A stretch of 64,000 nucleotides of DNA from a virus (IMGVR_UViG_3300032291_001290:37417-101416); one strand, 5' to 3'; positions 9,844 through 19,573 are shown, counted from the stretch's first letter. Program-made: numbers and translations. Notes: generated by a model not told the origin, from the letters alone.

Positions 9844-9898
9844 GCTTGCATTCGGCAAGTTTATGCAGTACCCACTGCGTAGCGGCTAGAACCCGCTA
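9844..9898 (+). ncRNA. Candidate structured 5' leader RNA (three consecutive hairpins)
   Basis: GCTTGC/GCAAGT, TATGCAGT/ACTGCGTA, TAGCGG/CCGCTA stems in a GC-rich patch between late promoter 9828 and RBS of 9918. Confidence 0.55.
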
Positions 9899-9917
9899 AT
9901 TTTATAAGGAAAATCAA

Positions 9918-11192
9918 ATGGGACGTCCTCTAAAAATCGCAAAGGCTCAAGCAGTCTTACCAATTACTGATACAGCCGCAACAGGCAGTATCGTCACAAT
10001 ATCAGGTGGAAATTTAACTACTTCACCTACAGTTGGTATCGCTAAAGGTATGCCATTCGTAGTTGCTACTACAGTTGGTGGTTTAACTGCCGGTGTGACA
10101 TACTATGTTAGTTCAATTTTATCAAACACAACGTTTGTTGCGGCAACTACTGATCCTAGTGTTCAACCACAAGTTTTAGCTACATTAACTGACACAACAA
10201 GTGGGTCAGTATTAGCATCTTTTGCTGTTGTTGATGCATATTTCAACAATCCAAACGGTGGTGCTGGTTTCCCAGCAACAAACGCTAACACATATTCTGT
10301 AGTTGGTGGTAACATAGCTATCGTTGGTCCTCAAGTATTAGCACAAGTTGCTATTGGTATCAATGGTACAGGTACATTGTACACACCATTGACAGTTAAT
10401 ACTAGCAATGTGGTAGTGGGTGTAGGCACTGATCTTGCTAATTTAACTACGGGTGCGGCATTACAAATTGCCCAAGCTAACATCAACGGTAGTACCGATT
10501 TTGTTAATTTAGGTTTCGGAAGTGCTACAAAAGGTAACGTTACTGTAGTTGTTGCTAACACAACGGTATCAGGTAATGTTATCGGAACTTCAGGCAATGC
10601 TCAAACTCTTATTGTAGATATGCCAATCGCATTTGATGCAACATTTGGTGGTTTAACTTCAGGTACAACATACTTTGTTAAAACTATTGCTAATGCTGCC
10701 GCTTTCACGGTATCAGCTTCACAAGGTGGCGAACCGGTAGCTCTTACAGCTAATGCATCTGTAACCGGTAATGCAATTATGAATCGTGTTGTTTTAACTG
10801 CTAATGCTAACGTTGTTGCAAGTAATGCGGCATATGTATATGCAAACGATGAAGCTGGTTTTATTGTTCGTCAAAAAGGCAAACAAAAATATCTAGTAAC
10901 AGGTTCAGCAAGTGGTTTAACAGCACAGTGCTTTACAGCTAATCTTGCAAACACAGCATTGACTCCAAACACAATGCGTATTCTTGCTACATATGCTAAC
11001 AGTGCTACTCAAACAGTGCAAAGTCTTTCTGATCACACTGGTGAGTTGTTTACTGCTACATCAGGTCCAATCGCAACGGGTAACATTGTATTCCAAAATG
11101 CTACTCCAGTATTTGCTACATTCAATACAGCAGAAGCGGCAAATACATACGGTGGTCAGCCTTATGAAATCGTACAAATTGCTAACGCCTAA
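9918..11192 (+). CDS. Virion structural protein (MGRPLK N-terminus; two GGLTxGxTY[YF]V domains)
   Basis: Late promoter, AAGGA RBS, beta-rich A/G/T/V composition. Confidence 0.65.
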   Translation: MGRPLKIAKAQAVLPITDTAATGSIVTISGGNLTTSPTVGIAKGMPFVVATTVGGLTAGVTYYVSSILSNTTFVAATTDPSVQPQVLATLTDTTSGSVLASFAVVDAYFNNPNGGAGFPATNANTYSVVGGNIAIVGPQVLAQVAIGINGTGTLYTPLTVNTSNVVVGVGTDLANLTTGAALQIAQANINGSTDFVNLGFGSATKGNVTVVVANTTVSGNVIGTSGNAQTLIVDMPIAFDATFGGLTSGTTYFVKTIANAAAFTVSASQGGEPVALTANASVTGNAIMNRVVLTANANVVASNAAYVYANDEAGFIVRQKGKQKYLVTGSASGLTAQCFTANLANTALTPNTMRILATYANSATQTVQSLSDHTGELFTATSGPIATGNIVFQNATPVFATFNTAEAANTYGGQPYEIVQIANA

Positions 11193-11194
11193 AC

Positions 11195-11500
11195 ATGTCA
11201 GTAACCAAACTTAAAATGCAAGCAGAAACTGAAATTGCAGTGCTTCAGATTCAAGTTAAAAACATCGAAGATAAAGTCGGTGAGATTAAAGAGGACCTGA
11301 AGCAAATTCATGAATGTATGGACAGAAACGCAGAAGAAACAAGAGAATTTCTTAAAACGATGCGTTCTGAAGATAACCTTGCACATGAAAAACTTGCAAG
11401 TAAAATCTCGGCACTTGAGAAATGGCGATGGATGATGATGGGAGCAGGTATAGTTCTAGGATCACTAGGATTTGATATGATAGCTAAAATGCTAAAATAA
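11195..11500 (+). CDS. Coiled-coil protein with C-terminal membrane anchor (XhlA/holin-like)
   Basis: Heptad coiled coil followed by WRWMMMGAGIVLGSLG. Confidence 0.55.
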   Translation: MSVTKLKMQAETEIAVLQIQVKNIEDKVGEIKEDLKQIHECMDRNAEETREFLKTMRSEDNLAHEKLASKISALEKWRWMMMGAGIVLGSLGFDMIAKMLK

Positions 11501-11526
11501 AAAAAGAGACTTAGGTCTCTTTTTTT
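11501..11526. terminator. Bidirectional terminator between convergent genes
   Basis: AAAAAGAGAC-TTAG-GTCTCTTTTTTT. Confidence 0.85.
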
Positions 11527-11927
11527 GTTAGTGCGTTCAATTTTTCTTGTACAATGTCAAAGTTGAAAGTGCTGAATAATCCTGGATGTAATGGCTTGGG
11601 GTATTGTCCCTCACCTACCCAAGCATACCCGCAATGTTCTTCATTTAACTTTGGAATGAATTCATTCTCAACTTCACAGAAAAATGTATGGTAAGTAAAA
11701 GTATTATTAATAAATTTTTGTATAGGTATTAATTTAGCATTTTTTGGAAAGAAACCGATTTCTTCTTCACATTCTCTAGCAATACCTTCTAGTAATGTTT
11801 CATCCAATTCTATTTTTCCACCAGGAATTCCCCAGTTGCCTGGATTCTTGCTATCAGTTCTTAATAGATATAGAAAACGTTTTGTGTTATGGTTATAAAA
11901 GAAAACGCCAGCGGATTGATTCTTCAT
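11511..11927 (-). CDS. NUDIX hydrolase
   Basis: Nudix box GGKIELDETLLEGIARECEEEIG. Confidence 0.9.
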   Translation of the reverse strand: MKNQSAGVFFYNHNTKRFLYLLRTDSKNPGNWGIPGGKIELDETLLEGIARECEEEIGFFPKNAKLIPIQKFINNTFTYHTFFCEVENEFIPKLNEEHCGYAWVGEGQYPKPLHPGLFSTFNFDIVQEKLNALTKKET

Positions 11928-11945
11928 AATATGATTTATCACAAA

Positions 11946-13322
11946 TCATATCACAATAGAATAATCTCCCTCACCATACCAGCCTTCATACGACTTCATC
12001 CAAATTTTATCAACAAATCTATATTGAACACCTGTTGTTAAGTTGGTAACATATTCAAGCGTAGTACTAGTAGATGCATTAGCGTCAAATACCACGGACC
12101 ATTCCATTGTAGTTGAGTCAAATTGAATAATATCATTAGCACGTGCAACCAAATTACCCCATGCCAAAGTAGGATCACCGGTATGTCCTATATCTTCAAC
12201 AATAAGATATCTACGACCATTAATAGGTCCAGGTAACCCTGCGTTTGGCCCAGTGACAAGAGGATTAATGACACCGTCGACAGGGTCCAATGTGTTTTGT
12301 GGCAGGGTATCTGGATCTATATTATAGATTAATAATCTATCATCAACTGGGTCAGGTACAATTGTACCAACAATATCGGTTGTCATATAGGGATTTTGTA
12401 ACCATATTTGACTTATACCGGGTTTAATGGTTCCGTATACGTTTAATACACTTGACCAATAAATGTCTGTGTTGGGTGGGGTTGGATCATCTAAACTTAT
12501 ATTATTAGGATCAAATGCTATAGCTTGTGGTAATATTTGCAATGAATTACCCAATAACAATATCTTGTATCCGTATGGAGTGATCTTTTGTCTAGTACCC
12601 AACAACAAATCTTCATCTTGTATATCTGTTAAAGATTTTCCCATAAAAATACTTGAAATAATCTTTTCAATAACACCCATCTTTTTAAGTTTACTTGCTG
12701 TACTAATCCATATTGGCATATAGAATTTCCAAGTTAATACATCAATAGGATTACCTGTACCCTGAGGAATACTACGACTACTAAAAGTTAATCCGTCTTG
12801 ATAAACTACACTAAGAGAAGTCCAATCAATAAAATTATCAGTACTTTGAATTTCTAGTGCTGGGTTAAACAATGTGCCAATTTGTTCAACTAGTTCAAGT
12901 TTTTGATTGTAATTAGTAGTCCAAAAATCTACAGTAATTCTTAATGTATATGGCACTGGCATTAATCGTTCAACTGTAAATGCTTGCCCTTGTGTTTGTT
13001 CATAAGTTTGTGTTTCACTATCATATGCACGTTGACGAACATTTACTATGTCAATAAATGTAGGGTCTTGAGTACGCCTTTGATCGTATTCTAATCCACT
13101 AACATAATATGTAATTAGTGGTGCACTAGGAAGATTACTTGCACTATTGTTAGCAATAATAGTACTAGCTTGTCTACTGCTATCACCATACATGACTGGT
13201 ACACGCACAAGTATCTCATTGCCTGCAGGATCTTTACCTTTAGTAACTTGCCAGTTACTAAAAATCTTTGCAAATTGAATTAAAAATCTGCGTATCTGAT
13301 TATCATAGAAAAATTGTGCCAT
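11946..13322 (-). CDS. Tail sheath stabilizer/terminator, T4 gp15-like, with C-terminal extension
   Basis: FYDxQIRRF...F..., VPVMYG, PVPYTL..., LELVEQI..LFNP pattern of gp15 family. Confidence 0.7.
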   Translation of the reverse strand: MAQFFYDNQIRRFLIQFAKIFSNWQVTKGKDPAGNEILVRVPVMYGDSSRQASTIIANNSASNLPSAPLITYYVSGLEYDQRRTQDPTFIDIVNVRQRAYDSETQTYEQTQGQAFTVERLMPVPYTLRITVDFWTTNYNQKLELVEQIGTLFNPALEIQSTDNFIDWTSLSVVYQDGLTFSSRSIPQGTGNPIDVLTWKFYMPIWISTASKLKKMGVIEKIISSIFMGKSLTDIQDEDLLLGTRQKITPYGYKILLLGNSLQILPQAIAFDPNNISLDDPTPPNTDIYWSSVLNVYGTIKPGISQIWLQNPYMTTDIVGTIVPDPVDDRLLIYNIDPDTLPQNTLDPVDGVINPLVTGPNAGLPGPINGRRYLIVEDIGHTGDPTLAWGNLVARANDIIQFDSTTMEWSVVFDANASTSTTLEYVTNLTTGVQYRFVDKIWMKSYEGWYGEGDYSIVI

Positions 13323-13331
13323 TTATATTCT

Positions 13332-15047
13332 TTATGTTTGCGGTGGTAATGGATCCGGGGATAACGTCAATATTGTAGACAATCCTTGACGTTGTGGAAC
13401 AAATGTTCCGTCAGTTAACTTAGTTTCATTTGTATTATTAATAAATCCTGACAACTGTGATTTATCAAGTTGAGTAAATCCAGTCTCAGTACGTACATTT
13501 GTGGAAATTCTAACCCACAATCTTCCGTTCCAACGATATAGTATCTGTGGAAAATAATCAATTCGTAAGAAATAATCACCTACTTGTGGATTTTGTGGGA
13601 AACTAATACCTGCACCTGTAGGGAATCCATTTGGTGCCTCAGCAGTTCCGTCTAAGTATCCAGTAGAATAACCGAAACTTCTTGGACTACTACGAGCAAT
13701 ATATTGAAATGCTGGGTCACAGTCTGCTCTAAAATCCATCTCAGTACTAATAGTTCCGGTAAATCCAGGTAACTCAGGATTTTGATCAGCAGTAGCATAT
13801 GTATTATCAGCAGTACCATATGGACCTGTTATTTGGCCCATTGAATACACGGACAATATATTATCTCCGCTTACTGGGCCTGAATTGCTATCTGTTCTTT
13901 GTGGTGCTACTTTAATTTTTTCTAAATTAACTGTATTGAATACGTCTAGTTTTTCATATCCCATATCAGCAGTCATATCCCAAATACTGTTAATTGCAGC
14001 TTTTGAAATTTTAATTACTGGACTAGCATTTTTATAGTTTGAATTACTAACGTATGCAACAGTACCGGTAGTAGATACAGTTCCAGGTGCACCCGCGCTA
14101 TCCACTACTACACTAATAGGTGGTGCGGGTTGATTATTCTTTTGACTAAGTTGACTATTACTTTCAAATTCACCGTATGTAGGCACAACGTATAAATTAC
14201 TTCTATCGTAACCTGCTTTAGGTACTAAACGAGCAGCCTCTTCAAGTACAGCATTATTAATATCAATATTTTTATTGTATGTAGCAAGTATATCTTTTAA
14301 ATTGCTTGCAGTATCAAGTTCCCAATATGTGTCGTTAGGTGGCATTGTACCAGCAGGAACTTCAATTTTAGAAATATAGTTTTTATCACCAAACGTGATG
14401 ACGTACCCAGAAGGATATACTTTGTCCTTATCCCACACACCTAAATAATTGTCTTGGTTAATTGGCTCAGACAATATCTGACTGAATTCTTCACTGTCAA
14501 CTAATGGCTCACATTTAATACGCCATAGATGAGGAAACCATGTTGGACTAAAACCTTCCGATGCATAATTTGCATCAGTGATTTGCATAAAACGTTTTAA
14601 TGCTACGGGGATAGTTTCTTTGAGTGGATTGTAATCTAATAAGTGCGGAAGTTCAATTACATCCCCAACCATTAATTTTCTACCAACTAAGTCTATCATG
14701 TCATTGTAATGAACAGTGATAAAAATAATATCATTATTTAAGAACAATCCAAACTGTGACAAGTCAAAGTCTAAATTCTGCACGTTATAGTGACCGCGCA
14801 GTCTATAAACATTGGGATCATAACTTCTATCTCTGTTTTCTAAAAATAGTAAATCCTGTATATTTGTAGGATTTAGTACATCGTATTGCGGTTGTGTGTA
14901 ATCAATGGAAGCACCCTGATCAGTTGGTCCTAAATATTTATGTACATATAAATCGGTCGACCCAGCGGTAAACATCTCTGATATGGTTCTATCAAAGAAA
15001 TTATAATCATTTGTTTTATTAGGACGCCAAAGCGATAGTCTAGGCAT
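13332..15047 (-). CDS. Neck/head-closure protein, T4 gp14-like, with insertions
   Basis: DLLFLENRDR, DLSQFGLF, GDVIELPH; adjacent to gp15-like gene. Confidence 0.55.
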   Translation of the reverse strand: MPRLSLWRPNKTNDYNFFDRTISEMFTAGSTDLYVHKYLGPTDQGASIDYTQPQYDVLNPTNIQDLLFLENRDRSYDPNVYRLRGHYNVQNLDFDLSQFGLFLNNDIIFITVHYNDMIDLVGRKLMVGDVIELPHLLDYNPLKETIPVALKRFMQITDANYASEGFSPTWFPHLWRIKCEPLVDSEEFSQILSEPINQDNYLGVWDKDKVYPSGYVITFGDKNYISKIEVPAGTMPPNDTYWELDTASNLKDILATYNKNIDINNAVLEEAARLVPKAGYDRSNLYVVPTYGEFESNSQLSQKNNQPAPPISVVVDSAGAPGTVSTTGTVAYVSNSNYKNASPVIKISKAAINSIWDMTADMGYEKLDVFNTVNLEKIKVAPQRTDSNSGPVSGDNILSVYSMGQITGPYGTADNTYATADQNPELPGFTGTISTEMDFRADCDPAFQYIARSSPRSFGYSTGYLDGTAEAPNGFPTGAGISFPQNPQVGDYFLRIDYFPQILYRWNGRLWVRISTNVRTETGFTQLDKSQLSGFINNTNETKLTDGTFVPQRQGLSTILTLSPDPLPPQT

Positions 15048-15066
15048 AGTATTTTACTTTAACACT

Positions 15067-15082
15067 TATTTATCAATAAATA
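15067..15082. promoter_or_regulatory. Back-to-back divergent late promoters
   Basis: TATTTATC (GATAAATA on - strand, 15067-15074) and ATAAATA (15076-15082) between divergent ORFs. Confidence 0.7.
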
Positions 15083-15087
15083 TATCC

Positions 15088-15786
15088 ATGACACCTGATA
15101 TCTTTAGACAGTCAAAAAACTTGTTTTTAATCTTCCCGCCCGGTACAGGTGGAAATCACTTTGCTAACTTACTTAGTATGCACCCTGTTTTTGCTCCTAG
15201 ATATACGCATCTAGATTATTATGAGAATATGGCACATAAATACCAATATTTTTTTGTTGACAAAATAGAAAAAGACCTTTATGGATGTACTGCACATTTT
15301 AGTGATTTAGATAATCTGCAAATAAATCATTTGAAAGAGTTTGAATCAAAAATTATTAATCATAAAGAGCCTTATATATTTTGTTCACATGTAACGGAAT
15401 ATTTGATTAACAATAATGAAGGGTATCTCAATCCATATGAAAAAAAAATCTTCTGCCTTTTTAGCAAACCCACAGGGTCAAACGAGTTAGTAAATGATAG
15501 GATGAATAATGGTCCGTGGAATAGCGGGGAATCAGGCGATATGCCCTATCAAGATACCACTGTCCAATTCTTGTACGAAAAAGAAATATTTATAAGGAAC
15601 ACCAAGATTGACTCGGATAAAATTTTCACAATAGATACTGATATATTTTATAATGTGGATGGGTATGACTATATCTATGACACGATTAGTATAAATTTAG
15701 GTATTGAACTTCCCGAAATTTGTCGTAAAATGCATACTCAATATATTGAATACTCAAGTATTATTTTTGACAAGGTTGACAAATAA
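15088..15786 (+). CDS. Hypothetical protein, weak sulfotransferase/P-loop-like N-terminus
   Basis: FPPGTGGNHFANLL resembles a 5'-PSB loop; otherwise unrecognised. Confidence 0.45.
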   Translation: MTPDIFRQSKNLFLIFPPGTGGNHFANLLSMHPVFAPRYTHLDYYENMAHKYQYFFVDKIEKDLYGCTAHFSDLDNLQINHLKEFESKIINHKEPYIFCSHVTEYLINNNEGYLNPYEKKIFCLFSKPTGSNELVNDRMNNGPWNSGESGDMPYQDTTVQFLYEKEIFIRNTKIDSDKIFTIDTDIFYNVDGYDYIYDTISINLGIELPEICRKMHTQYIEYSSIIFDKVDK

Positions 15787-15804
15787 TAGAAATTGATATA
15801 TAAT
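15776..15804 (+). promoter_or_regulatory. Perfect sigma70 promoter TTGACA-N17-TATAAT
   Basis: TTGACA 15776-15781, TATAAT 15799-15804, AGGAG RBS at 15820. Confidence 0.85.
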
Positions 15805-15829
15805 TAATCTATTGTTAACAGGAGCAACT

Positions 15830-16981
15830 ATGGCAACACGTAAATCCAAGCAAACAAGTGATCATTTTGTCAAAGCATTAAGTCCTCGGGACGCTGATAC
15901 AAAATATATGGGTGATGAACCCTTCTTCCCACTTCAACCAGATGAGAATGGTAGAACTTTAGCATTAACTCATGGTTTTACATGGTACAATCGTTTCTAT
16001 GGTAAAAAAGATGCGAAAGAATTATTGTGTTTGTATTTGGAATATAACGACCGCACTATAGAAGCCAAACACTTACGTAAGGTACATGAAAGCGAATTTT
16101 TAATGACCTTGTGTTGGCTTGCACGTATGACAATGCGTGGACTAGAACTCAATGAACATGAATCACTTACACTTGAAAATGAAATCAGTCGTTTGTACAA
16201 ACTTGTACATAAACCTGAAGTGGTAGAAAAAGAACCGAGCAATCGTCCTAATGTTCAGGAAATTATGCGTGAAAAGACATTTGATGCTGCCGGTGAACTT
16301 GAAAGTATTTTTGATGATTGGATCACTGAAGGTAAAGTCACACAAAAAACAGTTGATGTTGTTGCTAAATTTAGCATTTTACCCCAACACATTCCATTGA
16401 TTGTTGACATTTGGAAACGCAAGTTTGATGAATTTAACGAAGTCTCTGAAGGTAATGATGAACAATTGAACGAAGCCTATAGTTATTTAGGCAAAGTTAA
16501 ATTGCGTAATACAATTAAATTTATTGAACAAGTATTGAGTGACCTGAACAGTTATATCTCAATTAAGAAGGCAAGCAAAGCGCCTCGCAAACGTAAAGCA
16601 GTTCCTGTTGAGAAGATTGTTAGTAAACTTAAGTACTTGAAGGTATTCAAGGACCCGGTTAATAAACTTGATTTGATTAGTGTACATCCAACTAAGTTGC
16701 ATGGTGCAAGTGAGGCATGGGTGTATGATACTGCAAAACGCAAAATGCATCACTATATTGCCGATGAATATAGCAAGGTATTTACTGTAAAGGGTAATAC
16801 AGTATTGGGTTTTGACAACAATGCAAGTGAAATGAAAACTTTGCGTAAGCCCGGTGAACAGATTAAAGAAATTATGGGTAGCAAGCCTGCGGCACGTAAG
16901 TACTTTAAAGATATTAAAGCAGTTGGTGCAGTGCCCAATGGTCGCTTTAATGAGAACATGATTATTTTGAAAGCATTTTAA
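15830..16981 (+). CDS. Hypothetical protein (probable early gene)
   Basis: ATG 15830 after AGGAG; 383 aa. Confidence 0.75.
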   Translation: MATRKSKQTSDHFVKALSPRDADTKYMGDEPFFPLQPDENGRTLALTHGFTWYNRFYGKKDAKELLCLYLEYNDRTIEAKHLRKVHESEFLMTLCWLARMTMRGLELNEHESLTLENEISRLYKLVHKPEVVEKEPSNRPNVQEIMREKTFDAAGELESIFDDWITEGKVTQKTVDVVAKFSILPQHIPLIVDIWKRKFDEFNEVSEGNDEQLNEAYSYLGKVKLRNTIKFIEQVLSDLNSYISIKKASKAPRKRKAVPVEKIVSKLKYLKVFKDPVNKLDLISVHPTKLHGASEAWVYDTAKRKMHHYIADEYSKVFTVKGNTVLGFDNNASEMKTLRKPGEQIKEIMGSKPAARKYFKDIKAVGAVPNGRFNENMIILKAF

Positions 16982-16982
16982 T

Positions 16983-17159
16983 ATGATAAGCAAACTTATA
17001 TTTTGGTTAGGTGAGAATCGTAAAAAAGTAGGGTACTCTCTAGGTGGTATTAACATACTATGCGGATTAAATTCACTTGCATTTGGACAAACAAGCAACG
17101 GCTTTATACTACTTTTTGTAGGGTTTGTTCTTGTGTTTGATGCTTGGGGTACGCCATGA
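16983..17159 (+). CDS. Small 2-TM membrane protein (58 aa, not in ORF track)
   Basis: MISKLIFWLGENRKKVGYSLGGINILCGLNSLAFGQTSNGFILLFVGFVLVFDAWGTP; fills the gap, ATGA overlap with next gene. Confidence 0.7.
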   Translation: MISKLIFWLGENRKKVGYSLGGINILCGLNSLAFGQTSNGFILLFVGFVLVFDAWGTP

Positions 17160-17572
17160 ATATTGATTTGAACAAATACAAAGGTTTTGTAGAGGCTGTA
17201 ACTAGTAAACCTAGTAATGATTTAACAACCTTTATGGATCGATGTGATGAACTTGATGGCAATGACGGTGGTCCAGATATCAATGTGTCGTTGCTTTTAA
17301 CAGCATGTTTAGGATTAGCGGCCGAAAGTGGCGAGTTCATCGAAGTGCCCAAAAAAATTATTTTTCAGGGGAAACCACTAACTGACGAAAATGTCTTTCA
17401 CATGAAACGTGAATTGGGTGATATCATGTGGTATTGGATTAATGCATGTCGTGCATTGAATATTGACCCTAACGAGGTTATTGACGAGAATGTGCGTAAG
17501 TTAGAATCACGTTATCCCGGTGGTTCGTTTGATGCCCACTACTCAGAAAATCGCAAAGAGGGTGATTTGTAA
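17156..17572 (+). CDS. mazG: MazG-like NTP pyrophosphohydrolase
   Basis: GLAAESGEF..KK, ELGDIMWY, N.RKL.SRYP motifs. Confidence 0.9.
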   Translation: MNIDLNKYKGFVEAVTSKPSNDLTTFMDRCDELDGNDGGPDINVSLLLTACLGLAAESGEFIEVPKKIIFQGKPLTDENVFHMKRELGDIMWYWINACRALNIDPNEVIDENVRKLESRYPGGSFDAHYSENRKEGDL

Positions 17573-17580
17573 TACATAGC

Positions 17581-17610
17581 GTTACCTGATAAATACAATT
17601 ATTAGGTAAC
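17581..17610 (+). promoter_or_regulatory. RBS-occluding hairpin containing late promoter
   Basis: GTTACCTGAT/ATTAGGTAAC stem, GATAAATA at 17588-17595, ATG 17614. Confidence 0.65.
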
Positions 17611-17613
17611 AAC

Positions 17614-18411
17614 ATGTCAACATCTCCAACAGCAAGTCCACTTTCTACCCCTGCCGGTTTAACACTAGATGAATTAAAAGAGGCACTTTTTAGTAATCTG
17701 GGTTATCGTTTAGGTAATGGTATTATTGATATTGAGTTAGACCCTCAACATTATGAGGCTGCATACAACTATGCTATAAAAGTCTATCGTCAACGAGCGC
17801 AAAATGCCACAGCCGAATCATACACCTTGATGACAATAGTAAAAAATGTAGATACATATACATTACCACAAGAGTTTATTAATGTAAGATGTTTGTATCG
17901 TAGAACTGTTGGACTTGAAACTGGACCCGGTTCAAGTAGTTTTGATCCGTTTTCAAGTGCTATTTTGAACACTTACTTGCTAAATTATAATTACGCAGGT
18001 GGAATGGCAACATATGATTTCTATGCAGGTTATGTTGAATTGGCTGCACGTATGTTCGGCGGATATGTAACTTATACATTTGATCCAGTTACTAAAGTAT
18101 TGAGAATTGTACGTGATCCAAAAGGGTCCGGTGAGCGTATTCTTATTTGGGCTGATGTTCAACGTCCAGAAGAAGTACTGTTACAAGATCCTGGTGCTGG
18201 GGTTTGGATTGGTGATTTTATTTTAGCTAATCTTAAAATAATTATAGGTGAAGCACGTGAAAAATTCGGCACCATTGCAGGTCCAGGTGGCGGGTCAACA
18301 CTAAACGGAACTGCTATGAAGGCAGAAGGCAAAGCCGCAGTGGAGCAACTGATTGACGAATTGAAACGATATGTAGATTATAGTCAACCGTTGACTTGGG
18401 TACAAGGTTAA
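17614..18411 (+). CDS. Neck protein, T4 gp13-like
   Basis: RLG..IIDIELD, REKFGTIAGPGGGSTLNGTAMK.E..L..EL pattern. Confidence 0.75.
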   Translation: MSTSPTASPLSTPAGLTLDELKEALFSNLGYRLGNGIIDIELDPQHYEAAYNYAIKVYRQRAQNATAESYTLMTIVKNVDTYTLPQEFINVRCLYRRTVGLETGPGSSSFDPFSSAILNTYLLNYNYAGGMATYDFYAGYVELAARMFGGYVTYTFDPVTKVLRIVRDPKGSGERILIWADVQRPEEVLLQDPGAGVWIGDFILANLKIIIGEAREKFGTIAGPGGGSTLNGTAMKAEGKAAVEQLIDELKRYVDYSQPLTWVQG

Positions 18412-18474
18412 CCTAAACTACTTTCTTTATTCACACTCCTGTAATATAATAAGTACTACAGGAGTTTTTCTTTT

Positions 18475-19137
18475 ATGATTATAGGTGTAACAGGTTTAAT
18501 AGGTAGTGGCAAAGACACGATAGCTGATTATCTTTGCACACATAAAGGTTTCAAACGAGTTAGTTTTGCGGCAAGTTTGAAAGATGCAGTTTCAGCAGTA
18601 TTTGGTTGGGACAGAGAAATGTTAGAGGGTACAACTAAAGCCAGTAGAATATGGCGTGAACAAGTAGATCCCTGGTGGGCAGAACGATTAAAAATGCCAC
18701 ACTTAACTCCACGTTGGGTATTACAATATTGGGGAACGGATGTATGCCGCAACAACTTCCATAATGATATTTGGGTAGCCTCAGTTGAATACAAGATATT
18801 AAAATCAGTTGAGGATATCGTAATCACTGATTGCAGGTTTACAAATGAGGTATCAGCAATAAAAAATGCCGGGGGCATTACTATGCGAGTAGTCAGGGGA
18901 AAGCAACCTGATTGGTACGACTCAGCAGTTGCATATAACTTAGGCCCTGACAGGAATAGTCAGTGGGCAGTAAGTAAAAGAAGATTAGATAAATTAAAAA
19001 TTCATGCAAGTGAATACAGTAGTGTTGGTCTAACGTATGACTTCCATATAGACAATAACGGAACCATTGATGATTTGCATAAAGCAATATGCAAGATAGT
19101 TAGTAATCAATCTCAAGATCACCACGTTTCCATGTAA
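18475..19137 (+). CDS. Deoxynucleoside monophosphate kinase (T4 gp1-like)
   Basis: IIGVTGLIGSGKDT, FAASLKD, TPRWVLQYWGTD, ITDCRF.NE, HASE. Confidence 0.9.
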   Translation: MIIGVTGLIGSGKDTIADYLCTHKGFKRVSFAASLKDAVSAVFGWDREMLEGTTKASRIWREQVDPWWAERLKMPHLTPRWVLQYWGTDVCRNNFHNDIWVASVEYKILKSVEDIVITDCRFTNEVSAIKNAGGITMRVVRGKQPDWYDSAVAYNLGPDRNSQWAVSKRRLDKLKIHASEYSSVGLTYDFHIDNNGTIDDLHKAICKIVSNQSQDHHVSM

Positions 19138-19453
19138 TCTCTTTTTTCTTTACAACTTCTACGCAGTTTAAACAAATACTACGTAGGTTGGTTTGTGCAG
19201 TATTTTCTAAATTTCCGTCAATCAAAAATACTGTAATCTGAGAGGTAAAAAGACTTTTAAAGCCACATAAATCACATGTGGCTTTTTTCTTGTATCCACT
19301 TTTAGTCCAGTTTGATTTTCTAGGTTTTAACTTATTCTTTTTTCTGCCGCATTCATCACATGAACTACGATAATGTGTAGTACCTTCACGGATATAATTA
19401 ATAGCCTTGTAATTTTTATTACATTTAGTGCAGATAGGTCTTAATAGTGCCAT
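19100..19453 (-). CDS. Zn-finger/HNH-like protein (degenerate HNH)
   Basis: Four CxxC pairs; VFLIDGNLEN...NL.SICLNCV matches HNH scaffold without the His residues. Confidence 0.6.
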   Translation of the reverse strand: MALLRPICTKCNKNYKAINYIREGTTHYRSSCDECGRKKNKLKPRKSNWTKSGYKKKATCDLCGFKSLFTSQITVFLIDGNLENTAQTNLRSICLNCVEVVKKKEITWKRGDLEIDY

Positions 19454-19573
19454 ACAGTATTTAGTTAGGAACCTTCGAAGGTACGGCTAAACCGCTTTTT
19501 TTATTTTTTTTAATAAATAATAGTATGCATTTTAGGTGGTAAACCTCATAATTTTACATAAAGGAAAAATAAA

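Noticed and set aside
9844-9898. tRNA gene
   Set aside because: No acceptor stem, T-loop consensus or CCA; no tRNA or rRNA was recognised anywhere in the window
19471-19494. Palindrome ACCTTCGAAGGT and small stem between divergent genes
   Set aside because: Short, single occurrence, and no function can be supported
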